A DNA stretch of 64,000 nt from Psammoneis japonica (lineage: Eukaryota), in assembly GCA_008632985.1 (NCBI GenBank), contig QPGO01000275.1, positions 1 to 64,000 on the forward strand, given 5' to 3'. Below, piece by piece: positions 1-12,574 of the stretch; position 1 is the first letter of the stretch; each line of letters starts with the position of its first letter. The notes beneath the pieces were generated by a model. It saw nothing but the letters and a program-made list of their open reading frames with translations, had not been told where the DNA came from and made no database searches. Both the position numbers and the translations under genes were made by a program.

Positions 1-1438
1 AAGGTCAACTTGAGTGCCGACTTGGAACAAGCATGTGACACATGGCTTGCCTTTGGGTTCCAGGCTAATTGTGCACACAACCCTGCAATGCAAATGTGCA
101 ATGTCAATGAGTGCTTCTTTGCACTGACAACAAAGGAGTTGTTTTGATCTCATTGTGTCCAACAACCTTGTCAACTGCCTTTCTCACATCCGCTTGACAT
201 GATGTTGCAGATCTTTTGATGCTTTGCATCTTTTTTCGATTTTTCACGCACAGGGCTCCCCCCGTCTCCATTCAGAATCATTGCCACAATTGTGACACCA
301 TGGCGGCCAAGAACAAATTCATCAAGAATGCACCATCGCCCTGTCCATTTGCTGTCATCCTCTTTCTGGTGCTGTGCTTTTGTGACATTCCCATTTCTGA
401 CAGAGTCTTTGCCGTCACTCATCACCTGCATGTCGTCCGGCAAAACAAGCCAACAAACCCAACAGAGGACTGCAATTTGAGCCCAATGAGGAAAGGGGAC
501 GGCACCAAGGATTCTTTTGACATTTGCATTGGTTGTTGTGCTGCAGTGGGGGTGCTGTGACCTTTGGGTCTTCTCATGTGTGCGGCCTGTCTGCAACACA
601 CGCAACAAGATCACAACTCAGCTGCAGCTGAAAAGGCAGCTGCTGCCACTGCAGCTCCGCATCTCTTTTTGTTGCTGTCTCAGATCACAATGGAACATGT
701 TGTTGGATGTTTAGATTGTCGTGGGTGCATTCAGTGCTTGGCGCCAATTGGCTTTGGTGCGCACCGGCAAGCAGCTTTGCTGCGATGGATGACAGCAGCC
801 CACAAACAGTTTTTGAAACATTGAAATGCAAAGGTGGTTCAACTCGGGTTGGTTCTGGCAGTCCTCAATGCCACAATGTGGACCCACAAAACATTTGTCT
901 TTCTGCTGCTTCACATGATTCCAAACTGCCTGGACCAGAAAAAGCACCCGGTCCCTTCTGCAGAATGGAAGAGAGAACTGTTTCCTCTTGTAAAGCCAGA
1001 CAAAACAGACTGGAGAAACATTGCCATCTCCATCCCATTTGTTGCATTCAAGTGGGCCCCGTGCAAGGCTTGGATCCAAGGCAAGCTCTTTCTTGAGATG
1101 ACACAATTTGCCCTGGGAAACTTGAGCCAAAGGTTGTTGCATTTGTCATCAACTTAGTGCTTCAAAAGAAGAGATCATTTCCAGATGATGGAGAAGGGTG
1201 GACTTGCTTTTCACAGTCTCTTTTCTTTGCTCTGGCACAAAATTGCAAGCCAAAAAGCATCGCCTCCAATTGACCGTCCTCACTTTGGGTGATTGTTGTT
1301 GTGTGGCACGGTGTGAGTCCATTGCATCCGTCTGTTGAATGCAACCAACACACATCATCATCATGTGGAACCAAGATGTCGTTCACATAAAAACCCAAAA
1401 ATGTCCCACAGCACAAAGAACGCATTGAGAACATTGCA

Positions 1439-2858
1439 ATGTCAATGAACAAGAAAAGAGAAAGGATGGAGCTTGTCAAAGTCCAGGAGGTTGAAGGCTT
1501 TGGGAATGCTGTTGTTGCCCAGACAGCTTTGATTCCAGGCACTTTGGGGCTGGAAGTCTTTCAAGAACAGGCTTTGATTGTCTTCCCTCCTCACAACGGC
1601 ACAGTCTCACCACTGTGGGGACAATTGAGCCAAATGCTGCATGAGCAAAGCTGGCCGGACTGTTTGCACTTTTTGGAGCAACCCAAGGACATCCCAGAAA
1701 AGGTTTTGTCCTTTTGTGTTGACATGAAATGTGCTGACGCTCGTCGAGTGCAAGAGTTTGTGTCTGAACACGTCGAGTCTCAGGAATGTGCCAAGCGCTT
1801 CACTCATCTTTTCACGGTGATCAAATTCAACACTGTGGCTGTTCAACCAGTCAATGCTGATGGCGGTGGGCCTGGAAGCTGCAAGGGGCACAGTCTCTTT
1901 GAAGTCACATGTCGAATGGCACACTCATGTCATCCCAACTGTGTCTGGTTTAGTTTGCAAGACGGTTGCTCTAAGATGGTGCAAGTGATTGCACCCATCC
2001 AGTCTGGAGAGATGCTTGCTGTCAACTGCCTTGAGCAGAAGTGCTTGGAAAAGCCCATGTTCCTCCATTGAGCCAAGCTAAAAAGCACTAAGAACTTTGA
2101 CTGCAGATGCGATGGATGCATGTCATTGACTGGAGATGACTCCCAGCACTTCTGCTGCCACAAAGCATTGTAAAGGGTGCCATCTGGTGCAACAAGTTGA
2201 CATTGATGATCCTCCAGATCTGACTGCTTGTGATGTGTGTGGTGAAACAGCACCTGATGCCTTTCAGGAATGGATGCTGGAAAATGAAGAAGAGGCAAGC
2301 CAAAAGATTGACTGTGTGGATCGGGTTGCTGACTTGGGCACACCCGCAGACATTGCACATTCCATCCGATCACTCAAGCCTCCATGTGAACATCATGGGG
2401 TTGCTCTCCCAACACACCGGGCACAGGTTGATCTCTGCTTGGAACTCAATCAACTTTCAAAGGCTGTCATGGCACAATGCAAGTGGAGCAACTGTTGTTT
2501 GCGCATCCACGGAGAAAATTGTCTTGACGAACAAACTGGATTTGGGTGCAAATGCATGGGTGACTTGCTGGTTCAAGATGAAGGCCAACAGGCTGCCCGG
2601 AATGCATGTCAAAAAGCAGTGCAGGCCCTTCAAGTTTCTCGGGGAGGATCCAACAAGCCGCACATGCAATGTGCCATGAAAATCAGTGCAGAAGCATCGC
2701 ATCACGTCTTTGCCAACAGAATTGTCGGCAAAGTGCGGTCTCTGTGGTGTCCGAGCGACAAAGAAGTGCAGTCGTTGCAGAAACACAGTGCATTGCAACA
2801 GGGATCCCCAGCCAGTTCATTGGAAGGTGCACAAGAAGTTCTGCACTGAGACATCTTG
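1439..2858 (+). pseudogene. SMYD-like SET-domain protein with C-terminal MYND zinc finger (stops/frameshifts)
   Basis: SET motif 'SLFEVTCRMAHSCHPNC...IQSGEMLAVNCL' and post-SET 'FDCRCDGC'. At ~2730-2858 'CGLCGVRATKKCSRCRNTVHCNRDPQPVHWKVHKKFC' is a zf-MYND, with Tyr positions now C/H. Confidence 0.8.
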
Positions 2859-3283
2859 ATCAATCAAGCCTCTCCTCCCCCATTTCCCAGGTTTTGCGAC
2901 ATTTCTTCATTCTTTCCCAAATCGTAAAAATTGTACAAACATTGTACAGGAGATTCAATCACCAACCAGTTTGGTCTCAATGCTGTTTTCAAAGTCTTTC
3001 TGGCACACCCGTGCTCACTCCAGGTCCTCGAGCTGCACAGCATTCTCCGCAGATTGATGACACCAAGAAAACGAAGCTTTCATTGCACTGTTGTGATGTT
3101 GCAGCTTCGATTGCATCAGCCCCATGATGTGTTCATGCATGCTAAAGATGTTCCCCATGGACTGTCACAAGAACACTTCCAAACGACGAGTCTCTCCCGC
3201 TGGAGGAACAACCTGTGATGCAGTTGCTTTGCCCACAGTTGCCCGATTGCAAAGGATCTTTGTCTGGTGTAAAGTCGTCCCAG

Positions 3284-4031
3284 TCACAGTGCACGGTCTC
3301 CTGTGGGACCATCAGCATTCTTCTGTTGTGATCTCGCAAAGATTGTCATCATTCTTTGTTCCTTCTCTGCTGACCGCTTCACACGATCAACCCACCATTG
3401 GGTCTTTTCCAACATTTCAGAATGGCTCAAGTGAGTTTCTGTCAGGAGCTGCATTGGAAGTGGCCACAAACAATGATGACCCAGCCAAGAAGGCAAAATC
3501 TTCCACATGGTTTGTCTCACCACAAATTCCAGTCGAAGCCACTTGGTCCGGGGCATGCCACAGTCAGGCAGTTCCTTGATGGCATGAGCACAAGGCAATC
3601 ATTCTGTGGCAAAGGTGGGCACTGCTTGACTCCAATCATCCTCAAACTGATCAAGACATCCAGCCAACATCTGGACATCCTGCAATGCCGAATTGCATCC
3701 TTGTCCCAGACTGGCTGACAAGACATGAGCGGCATCACCAAGCAACATGACGGTTCCATCTCAGACCTGCATGCAGCTGCATTTGACTGTTTGCAACATG
3801 GAAACGGGACATGATTGGAGACTCTCCGCTTCTTTGTCCGACATGAATCCTGCCAAGTGTGGTGACAGATCATTTGGACATTTCCTGGCAGCAGAAGCGT
3901 CATCCATTGCAGCAAAAGGATTGTCCTCTTTGGGGAACACAATGACACCATTGAGATGCTCCTTGTTGCGTCCACCGGGAGCCATCATCACAGTCTTTCT
4001 GTGGTGGCATCCAACTGTTGAGATGGTCCGA
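3284..4031 (-). pseudogene. C-terminal half of FAD-dependent monooxygenase (kynurenine 3-monooxygenase-like), split by the Copia insertion
   Basis: Reverse translation of ~3660-3760 gives 'V*DGTVMLLGDAAHVLSASLGQGCNSALQDV' (GD motif of flavoprotein monooxygenases); in-frame TGA. Confidence 0.8.
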
Positions 4032-4385
4032 TGTGACAAAAATGCATGCATCGGTCATGTCAAACCTGTGTGACCCTGCGCATGTGCATTTGTTAGAAGA
4101 TCTGAAGACAGAGCAAGAGTGCCAAACCCACACGTAAAGACCAGCACAGAATCTACAATGAGACATTTTGAAGAAACTCTGGACATTTTGAAGAGACTCT
4201 TTTGATTGTCATTTTCATTTTTACACTGGATTAGCTCACAATTTCTCTGACGCAGAAGTTGTCATGCACCTTTGCCATTTACAGCCGCTCCTTCTGAGAG
4301 TTCACATTTTGGTTGATTGTTGCTTTCCAGCTTTCAACCACTGATTGGCCGGCAAATCCTTGCAAGATTTGGGTTCAACCCCACA
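4032..4385 (+). repeat. 5' LTR
   Basis: Begins tgtgacaaaaatgcatgcatcggtcatgtcaaacc and ends gggttcaaccccaca; aligns to 9527-9904. Confidence 0.9.
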
Positions 4386-4455
4386 CGCTTCCTCTGCAAC
4401 CTGCTTCACAACTTGTCAATTTCAAGCCAGCTGTTGACTAAAACCAGTCCCCTGA

Positions 4456-7400
4456 TGATGGTCAACACCCACACTTCTGCTGCTGCTGTGACATCTCCTG
4501 GGACTGCTCAGACTTCTGCATCCGCTGGAGCAAATGTTGCTGCTGGCACTGCCACTCCAGCTCCTGTTGGAGCTCCTGCCCCAGCTGCAGCTCCTGCTCC
4601 TGTCTCTTCAGGCTCCACTGGTGACACCTGTTCCTCCTGGAGGTGGCAGAGGACACGGCCCTGGTGGTGGTGGCGTGCCTCCTGCTGCACCCACTGTGGG
4701 ACCCATCTTCACTTTGACCACAGGTCAACATCAACCCAATCAGTTCATTGACTGTGGAACTTCCCAGGGACTCAAGCTTTTGCACAACGTGATTCAACCA
4801 CTGCCGTGCGAGTTCAATGGTGACTCTGAAGGCTTGAACAAATTTGCAGAAATGCTGATTCAATGCGCCACTTCCTCAGGATGGTTCACAGGTGGTGGGA
4901 ACATCATTGACATTCCTGACAGCAATGGCACAAATGGAAACTTCATCATGAACTGTGGTTGACTCACCATGGAGGATGTCAGGAATCATGTGCAAGCCTG
5001 CATGAATGGTCAAAACAGGCAAGCTCAAAATGCTGTGCAGATGGCAGAGTGCATCTCTCAGTCTCTCACTCCAGAAGCACGAGACAAGATCATTGCCAAA
5101 CATGAGCAATGCACCATCAATGGCAACCTTGTCAGAACATTGCTCTTCAAGCTGCTCACCCAAAAGGCCATTGTTGACACTCGTTCTGCTGCCAACTTCT
5201 TCCGTGAGAATCTGTTGAACCTGGACACCTGCATGGCTGGCGTGAACTCCGATGTCAAGAAGTTCAACGAGTGTTTCAAACTCAATTGTGAGGGACTGCG
5301 AGCTCAAGGTGAGAACTTTGATGACCTCAACACATTCCTGTTCAAAGGACATGAAGCAGCAAGTGATGAGTTGTTCATCAAGCACACGGCTCCCCACAAG
5401 GACAATTGTGATGATGGCAAAAACTGCTCACCTGAGAGGATCATGACACTCGCGCTCAACAAGCACACCAACCTCAAGTGACATGATCAATGGGGAGCAC
5501 TGTCTCCTGCCAAAGAGAAGACAGTTGCACTCTCCACAGAGACAGCCACCATCAAGGACCACAATCTCAAGTTGACCAAATCTTTTCTCAATCTGGCAAG
5601 TGCATGAGTCCCAAGAAGAAAGAAGACAAGGACAAAGGCGGCAAGGAGATCAGAGACAAGAAGAAAGGAAAAGGGAAGCAGGGAGACTCTGACAACTCCT
5701 GGAAAAGAGTTCCACTGCAGGACTCTCACCCTGCCAAACTTGTGAATGGCAAGAAGCATCATTTCAAAACTCACGGCAATCGCAAGCACTGCTGGTGTCA
5801 ATGCCACACCGCATGGGTCGTTCACCTGCCAGATGACAATGGACCCAACAGTTGTAGGTTGAGAAAGTCACAAGAGTCAGGCAACAATTTGCACTCCTCA
5901 AAGAGAGTTTCATTTGCAAGTGCACTTGCTGCCATCCTTGACAACATCCAATCTGAGGAATGAATGTTCTTTGGGACCATCATGAGGGCTCTCTGCACAT
6001 GGACATGCTGCATGAAGATGGCGGCAACTCTGTTCCTTGGAACCCTCACCATGGCCTGGACAGCTGCAACAATGGCACCTCTGCTGGTGTCAATGATCCT
6101 GGTTGTCACATTTGGCCTTCCTCACAAAACATTCAAGAAAGTCATGATGCCGACAATGACGTTGGGTGAGTGGATCATTTCACAAATCCCAGCTGATGCA
6201 CAAATGTTGCGCAAACACTTGCCATCAAACAAAAGCATGTGTTGTCCGAGGTGCATGACTGCAAAAAGAACAGGTCACTTGACAAAAGTGGCTGAAAAAC
6301 AAGCAACCTGCAAAGTGACCTTTACACCGGCAGCCAATGCTTCTGTGGTCTTTGTTCCAAGGCATTTTAGCCAACCATGAAACCAACGCCACTTGCAACT
6401 TGAATTCTTTCATGATTGACATTGACAACCATGCCTCTTGCACTGTGTCAAACAATTGCAAGCACTTCATTGGTGAACTCACACCAGTCAGGATGAAAGT
6501 GAGAGGCACTGGAGGAGAGCTCCTAAAGGTTGAAGGGAGAGGAATGCTGGAATGGAAAATTGAGGATGAGAATGGCGAAATCCATGCTTTCGCCATTTGC
6601 AAAGCACTCTGTGTGCCAAACTTACCTGCATGTCTGTTCTGTCCTCAACAATGGAGCTCACAGGCAAACAATCACAAGCCTGAACCCTGTGGCACCATCT
6701 CCGTCAACCAAGAAGACTGGTGCCTGCTCATGTGAGACCAAGAGAAGTCACACCCATCAACCAACTTGAAAGTCCGACTCCTGGATTTGTCCCTCAGCTC
6801 AAAGGGAGGCCTGCAAAACAAAGATGCAAGGCAGTGACAGTGTTTGTGGATCACCACAGTGGACTCAGCTGCATCCACTTACAATGATCACTCATCTCTG
6901 AGGACACCCTGAAGGCTGAGAGAGCATTTGAAGCCTTTGCTCACCAACATCACATCTGAATCAAACACTGCCATGCCAACAATGGAAGATTTGCTGACAA
7001 CACATTCATTCAAGACGTTGAGAGAGTGGGACAGACGATTTCCCACTGTGGAGCAAATGCTTGTCACTGAAAAACGGATTCGCGACCTGCAAGAGCAAGC
7101 ACGCAAGCAATTGCTGCATGCAAAGGCAAGATGGCCATCAGCAATTGAATTGAAATTGTGGCCAAGTGCCTTGCATTGCACAAATGAAATCAGGAACTCC
7201 TCACCTGATCACACCAATGGTTCCTTGCTGATCAAGATGTTTGCTTCCATCAAGGCAGCACTGAAGATCAAGGCTCACCACACTTTTGGATGTCCAGTCC
7301 ATGCTCTGAACAATGGATTGCAAAGTGGAGGATGCATTACAAAGTGGAGCTCAAGAGCAAGACTTGGAATCAATCTTGGTCCATCACCAAGACACGCTGG

Positions 7401-9490
7401 TTTGGAGTCACCAGTCCTGAATTTGGAAACAGGCCTGATGTTGCCTCAATTTCATCTGCAATGCAACAACTTTTTTGAAACAGTCAGACCATCTGCTGGA
7501 AATCCTCCAACATTTTCCCAATGGCAGACCACAGCAGGCTTCAAGACACAAGCTGAGCCAAGTTGATTCAACACATTTTGGCAATCAGAAGAGTCAATGG
7601 AGCCCACAGCAGCTCAAACACCAAGACTGGAACCGGAACCTGCAATTCTGCAACAACATGCTCTTGCACAAGAAAACATGGGCAGCCAAGTGTGAGCAGA
7701 TGCGGTTGCAAATGATGACCAACAACTGCATGGCCGAAAGCCAGGAGCAACAACATGCTCAAGGTGTTGCATCGTGTGCTGCTCACCACAAAGAGCACTG
7801 TGACGCAATGCATGAGGGGGATTGTTGTCTCCAAGATGACATGGACCGATCCCCATCATTTGTGACTTGATCCAACCAAGACACCATGCACTTTGACCAA
7901 GCTGTGCATGCACCTGACCAAGATGAATTTACAATGGCAGCAGTCAAAGAGGTCAATGACCACATCAAGCACAAACACTTGAGATTGATTCCCAGAGATC
8001 AAGTTCCAGAGGGAGTCAAGGTCTTGCCTTCAGTTTGGTCCATGAAACACAAGTGAGACATCAAAACTCAAAAAGTCCACAAGTGGAAAGCAAGATTGAA
8101 TGCACACGGTGGAAAGCAGGAACATGCAATCAACTGCTTCAACACATGCCGCCCAGTTGTAAACTGGCACACTGCACGATTGATCCTCATCCTGTCCATC
8201 CTCAACAGATGGCACACACGCCAAGTCAACTTTGTCCTTGCCTCTCTGCATGCTGACATTGAGTGTGAGACATGCACATGGAATTGCCCAAAGGAATTGA
8301 GACAAAGTGTGGCAATGGCAAGACTCATGTGTTGCAACTGTTGAAGAACCTGCATGGACAGAAGCAAGCAGGACGAGTTTGGGGAGAACATCTCAAAAAA
8401 GGATTGCTCAGAATTGGATTCAAACAATCCAGTGTCAACAAATGCCTTTGCCACCGACACAATGTGCCATTTGTGCACTGTGTTGATGATGGCATTTTTG
8501 CTTCTCCTGACAAAGATGCCATGGACAAAGCAATTCTGGATGTCAAGAACAAAACCTTCGACATTGATGATCAAGGGAGCATTGAAGATCACCTTGGCAT
8601 CAACATTGAAATGCTTCCTGATGGTTGCACAAAACTTGCACAACCACATCTCAACCAGCAGTTGCTGCAAATGGCGAACTTGCCAAAACGAGCAGCCAAC
8701 AAATCCACTCCAGCTCCTTCTTCCAAGATGCCACATCAAAACAAGAACAACTTGTCATTTGAAGGGAGCTTCCATTGTTGAGCTGTGATTGGTGAGCTCA
8801 ACTTCCTTGAGAAGTGCACTCAACCCAACAACACTTGTGCGGCACATCAAGTCGCTTGGTTTTCTGAAGACCCAAAATGAGCGCACGGCAAAGCTGCACT
8901 GTGGCTTTGCAAGCACCTTTGCAACACTGCCCAAGAATGAATCACACTTGGTCCAATTGAGGACAAGTCATTGGAAGTTTATGTGGATGCCAACTTTGCA
9001 GGCAATTGGAACAAGCTAACTGCAACTGTGGCACAAGCACCACCGAGTCAAGAACAGGTCATGTCATTGCATTTGCAGGATGTCCAATTGCATGGTCATC
9101 CAAGTTGCAAACTCAAGTGGCACCAAGTGTGGCTGAAGCTGAGCTCATCACGCTTTTGGAAAGTCTTCGAAGTGCCACCCCAATTGTGAACATTCTGAAT
9201 GAGATCAAGGGAAACGGTCATCCTGTCATCTCAGACATGCCCAAGGTCCATTGCAAGGCATTTGAGGACAATTCTGGTGCTCTCAAGACAGCATGTTTGC
9301 CCAAGATGTGACCACGGACCAAACATTTCAACAACATGCTTCATCATTTCAAGGATCACGTTCACTGGGGAATTGCTTCAATCTGTCCTGTGGACACATG
9401 ATGTCATCAGGGAGACATGTTCACAAAGCCTCTGCCACAGAATGACTTTCTCAGACACAGAAAGTTTCTTCTCTGCTTGTGGATTGTCAG
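4456..9490 (+). pseudogene. Copia gag-pol (protease, integrase, RT, RNase H), many stops/frameshifts
   Basis: PR 'IDIDNHASCTVSN'; IN 'VFVDHHSGLS...KHCHANNGRFAD...EKRIRDLQEQARKQLLHAKARWP'; RT 'KWKARLNAHGGKQ', 'LLKNLHGQKQAGRVW', 'FVHCVDDGIF'; RH 'VYVDANFAGNW', 'RTGHVIAFAGCPIAWSSKLQT', 'FEDNSGA'. Confidence 0.92.
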
Positions 9491-9526
9491 ATGCGTCACT
9501 GTTCCACCCAACACTGTTGAAGGGAG

Positions 9527-9904
9527 TGTGACTAAAACACATGCATCGGTCATGTCAAACCTGCATGACCCTGCATGTGTGCATTTCTGAGAAGATCTGA
9601 AGACAGAGCAAGAGTGCTGAACCCACATGTAAAGACCAGCACAGAATCAGCAATGAGACATTTTGAAGAAACTCTGGACATTTCAAAGAGACTCTTTTAA
9701 ATGCAATTCAAAATGCTCACAAAGGATCACTTTCATTTTTACATTGGATTAGCTCACAGTTTCTCCAACGCAGAAGGTGTCATGCACCTTTGCCATTTCA
9801 CAGCTGCTCCTTCCAAGAGTTCACATTTTGGTTGATTGTTGCTTTGCAGCTTTTAACCGCTAATTGGCTGGCAAAACCTTGCAAGATTTGGGTTCAATCA
9901 GACA
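9527..9904 (+). repeat. 3' LTR
   Basis: Begins tgtgactaaaacacatgcatcggtcatgtcaaacc and ends gggttcaatcagaca; ~24 bp longer than the 5' LTR. Confidence 0.9.
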
Positions 9905-9909
9905 TCCAA

Positions 9910-10546
9910 CAAGAGCAGATTGACACCTTCATTGCAACTTCTTTTTGCACAATGCAGAGACTTGCAATTGTTTGCAACTTCCTCAGTTTTGCACCACTCC
10001 AATTCCTCTTGTCCCAACACCATCAGCAGCAACAAGATGATCAAATGATTCTTGTTGTGTGACCTCTTTGTTGCTGCTGTCCTTTGCCGTGCACACCCTC
10101 ACAACCTTTTTGTCTAAATCCAGTTGTTCTGCAGCGCTGTCAAAGTGTGGTTGCACAGAATTCTTTGGAGCATGTTTGATCTGAGAAAGCTCCTCCAATG
10201 ACATCAGCGGAATGCCATTCCTGTCGATGCTCAGAAACAAGGGTCGTGCACTTTTGATTGGCTTCTTTGGTTTGCTGTGCAGTGCTGCACTGATGGCCCA
10301 AATGCCTCGTTTTTCCAATGCAGCCTCAAGGTTGGGAATTTGTTGAATGGCAGCCAGTCCTTGACGCTGCTGCAAGGCAATGGGACATGTCCGCACCTCT
10401 TCTGGAGAGAGCTCTTGGGGATCAAGATGCTTCTCGTGAACACACACCTTGCATCCGGGGCAACGGACCAAGCAATGCACCAGCAACAATGACGTCAGAC
10501 CACCGCCAACAATGACAATCTTTTTTGAAGATGCAACAAGGGACAC
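9910..10546 (-). pseudogene. N-terminal half of FAD-dependent monooxygenase (KMO-like)
   Basis: 'KKIVIVGGGLTSLLL' Rossmann motif, 'VHEKHLDP', 'SIDRN', 'FDHLVAADG' DG motif; same strand as the C-terminal half on the other side of the Copia. Confidence 0.82.
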
Positions 10547-10754
10547 AGTTCTTCTTCTTGCTCTTGTCTTGCAGGATTTTTGAGCTTTTCTACCAGTGTG
10601 ACTGTGCTGTTGCTGCAGCTGCGATCACAGAAATTTCTGCAGCACTCTGAAAGTTGCAATTGTTAAAACCACAGATTGCCATCCTGAGCTGGTGTTGCCT
10701 GACCTCTTTTGGACAAAGAAATGTAGTGAATCGAAGCTAGAAGCAGCGATGCTG

Positions 10755-12375
10755 GGCCAGTGCAACAAAAAAATCTGCCCTCAGTTCTGCCCTGCAGAGA
10801 GCAGCACTCATCCTGCGGGGAAGAAGACCCAGCTGCAGCAATCAGGGCTGAACCTGCATGCCAGCAATCAACCTGTGCAAACACACTTGAGGAGTTGGAA
10901 GCCAAAAGAAAAACCTTCCAAGAAGCTCAAAAAATGCCGCACCATCACCTGCACCATGGCTTTTGAGTGCCCGTGGTTCCACTCAGTGACCCTTGCAGCA
11001 AAGGCATGAACACCATTGTTGACTCATGTGATCATGAAAAAATGATGCTTGCACTGGAGTTTTAGCCAACCCTTGTCTTTTTGGTGTTTGATCACTTTTT
11101 CTGCAATGGAGGAAGCATGCTGCGCCACTCAACTCAATGATTGGAGGACAAAGGTGAGAATGCCATCACTTGCCAAAGGAAGCATTAGAAATCTAGTGGT
11201 TGTGTTTGCACTCATTGCAAAGCCCGTCTTTTGGGCATTTGGTGCTTTTTTCTGTGATGGCAGAGTTTTTCTCTCACTGTTGCTCTTGTTTTGTGGTCAC
11301 TCACAGGTCTGCAAGGCACCCATTGCAGTGACGGCATGAACACCTTCATGGACCAACATGATCATGAAAAAATGCTTGCAGTGGATTTCTTGTTGCTCCT
11401 CACCTCTTGGTTGTTTGGTGACTTTTGCTCTGAGTGAGAACACAAACAATGCTGCCATGTCTGACACAGCAGCACTCACAATCAAGCTGGGTGCTTGGAC
11501 TGCAAAAGGTGAGAACAACAGAGTTTGACAACAAGAGTGTTGAAAATGTGATGGCCAAGTTTGTTTGTTTTGCACATGGCATCTTTTGGGTGTTTGGTGC
11601 TTTTCAAGTGTGGCACAGCATTTTCCTCACTGTCTCTCCTGTCTCACCATCACCCACAGGTCCACTTGGCACCCATTGCATCCAAAGCACCAAGGTGATT
11701 GTGGAACAAATGGTTGTCAAAACACACATCTTAAGCCAAGGATGTGAAAAAGCACAGAGAGATCAGCGGTGCAACCCTTGGTCATGCCTTCTGCACTGTG
11801 GAGAAGCTTGTTTTCTTGTCAAGCTGGTGGAAGTGCAATGAGGTGCTGATTGTTCTTTGGGCTGACAAAATTGTTTGGCAGCACTGTTTGAACATGAAAC
11901 TCACAACAGTGATCTCAAACGGGTGCTTTGGAGCTTGTCAACATTGAAAGTGGTGCAAGTCATCCACCTGATTTCCCCAGCACAAGGAGAGCAAGTGTTT
12001 CTGCTGCACTCAGGACACCTGTGGGTGCTGCTTGCTGTGCCGCCAGATGTGCTGTTGGTGTTGGCTCATTTGCTGGGTTGCATGCAGTGATGCTCATGGT
12101 TGAGATGCCGCATTGAGATGAGTGGAACTTTCAGCTTTTTTTTCATGTGCCATTGCACCCTACCTTGCCAAGGACAGATGATTGCATCGCGCAAAAGGGG
12201 TGTGCAGGGTGGAATTTTTGGCTTTGGAAATTCCACCATGCCTTCTACCTGGGTGGAATGAACAGCAGATGTGGTGGAATTTTTGAGAAGATGCGGCTGC
12301 GGCATTGACAGTTTCACATGCACAAATTCCATTTTTCAGCAGGAAAATGCCACTTGGGTAGAATTTTGGTGACGG
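10755..12375 (-). mobile_element. Internally deleted Crypton-related unit, head-to-tail with the full element
   Basis: 10770-10990 matches 12390-12570; 12011-12115 matches 15679-15784; 12261-12366 matches 15922-16028. Confidence 0.65.
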
Positions 12376-12574
12376 GCCAACACACAACCAAAAACATCTA
12401 CCCTCAGTTCTGCCCTGCAGAGAGCAGCACTCATCCCAGGGGGAAGAAGACCATGCTGCAGCAATCAGCACTGAACCTGCGCAACAGTGGTCAACCTGCG
12501 TAAACCATGCAAGAAGTTGAAGCCAAAAAAACAACTGGCCTTTGAACGCCCACAGTTCCACTCAGTGCTCATTG

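Larger units (their letters stand above)
4032..9904 (+). mobile_element. Ty1/Copia LTR retrotransposon (diatom CoDi-like), both LTRs present, degenerate
   Basis: Two LTRs TG...CA; PPT-like GAAGGGAG just before the 3' LTR; 5-bp TSD TCCGA (4027-4031) / TCCAA (9905-9909); domain order gag-PR-IN-RT-RH. Confidence 0.93.

Noticed and set aside
171..1370. Possible degenerate genes at the window start
   Set aside because: No recognisable motif, and strand and frame cannot be determined.
4386..4410. tRNA primer-binding site after the 5' LTR
   Set aside because: No TGG-initiated tRNA-complementary sequence recognisable.
4032..9904. ADAR/APOBEC-type editing of the retroelement intermediate
   Set aside because: Changes are on both strands, differ between the two LTRs, and also affect DNA transposons and host genes.
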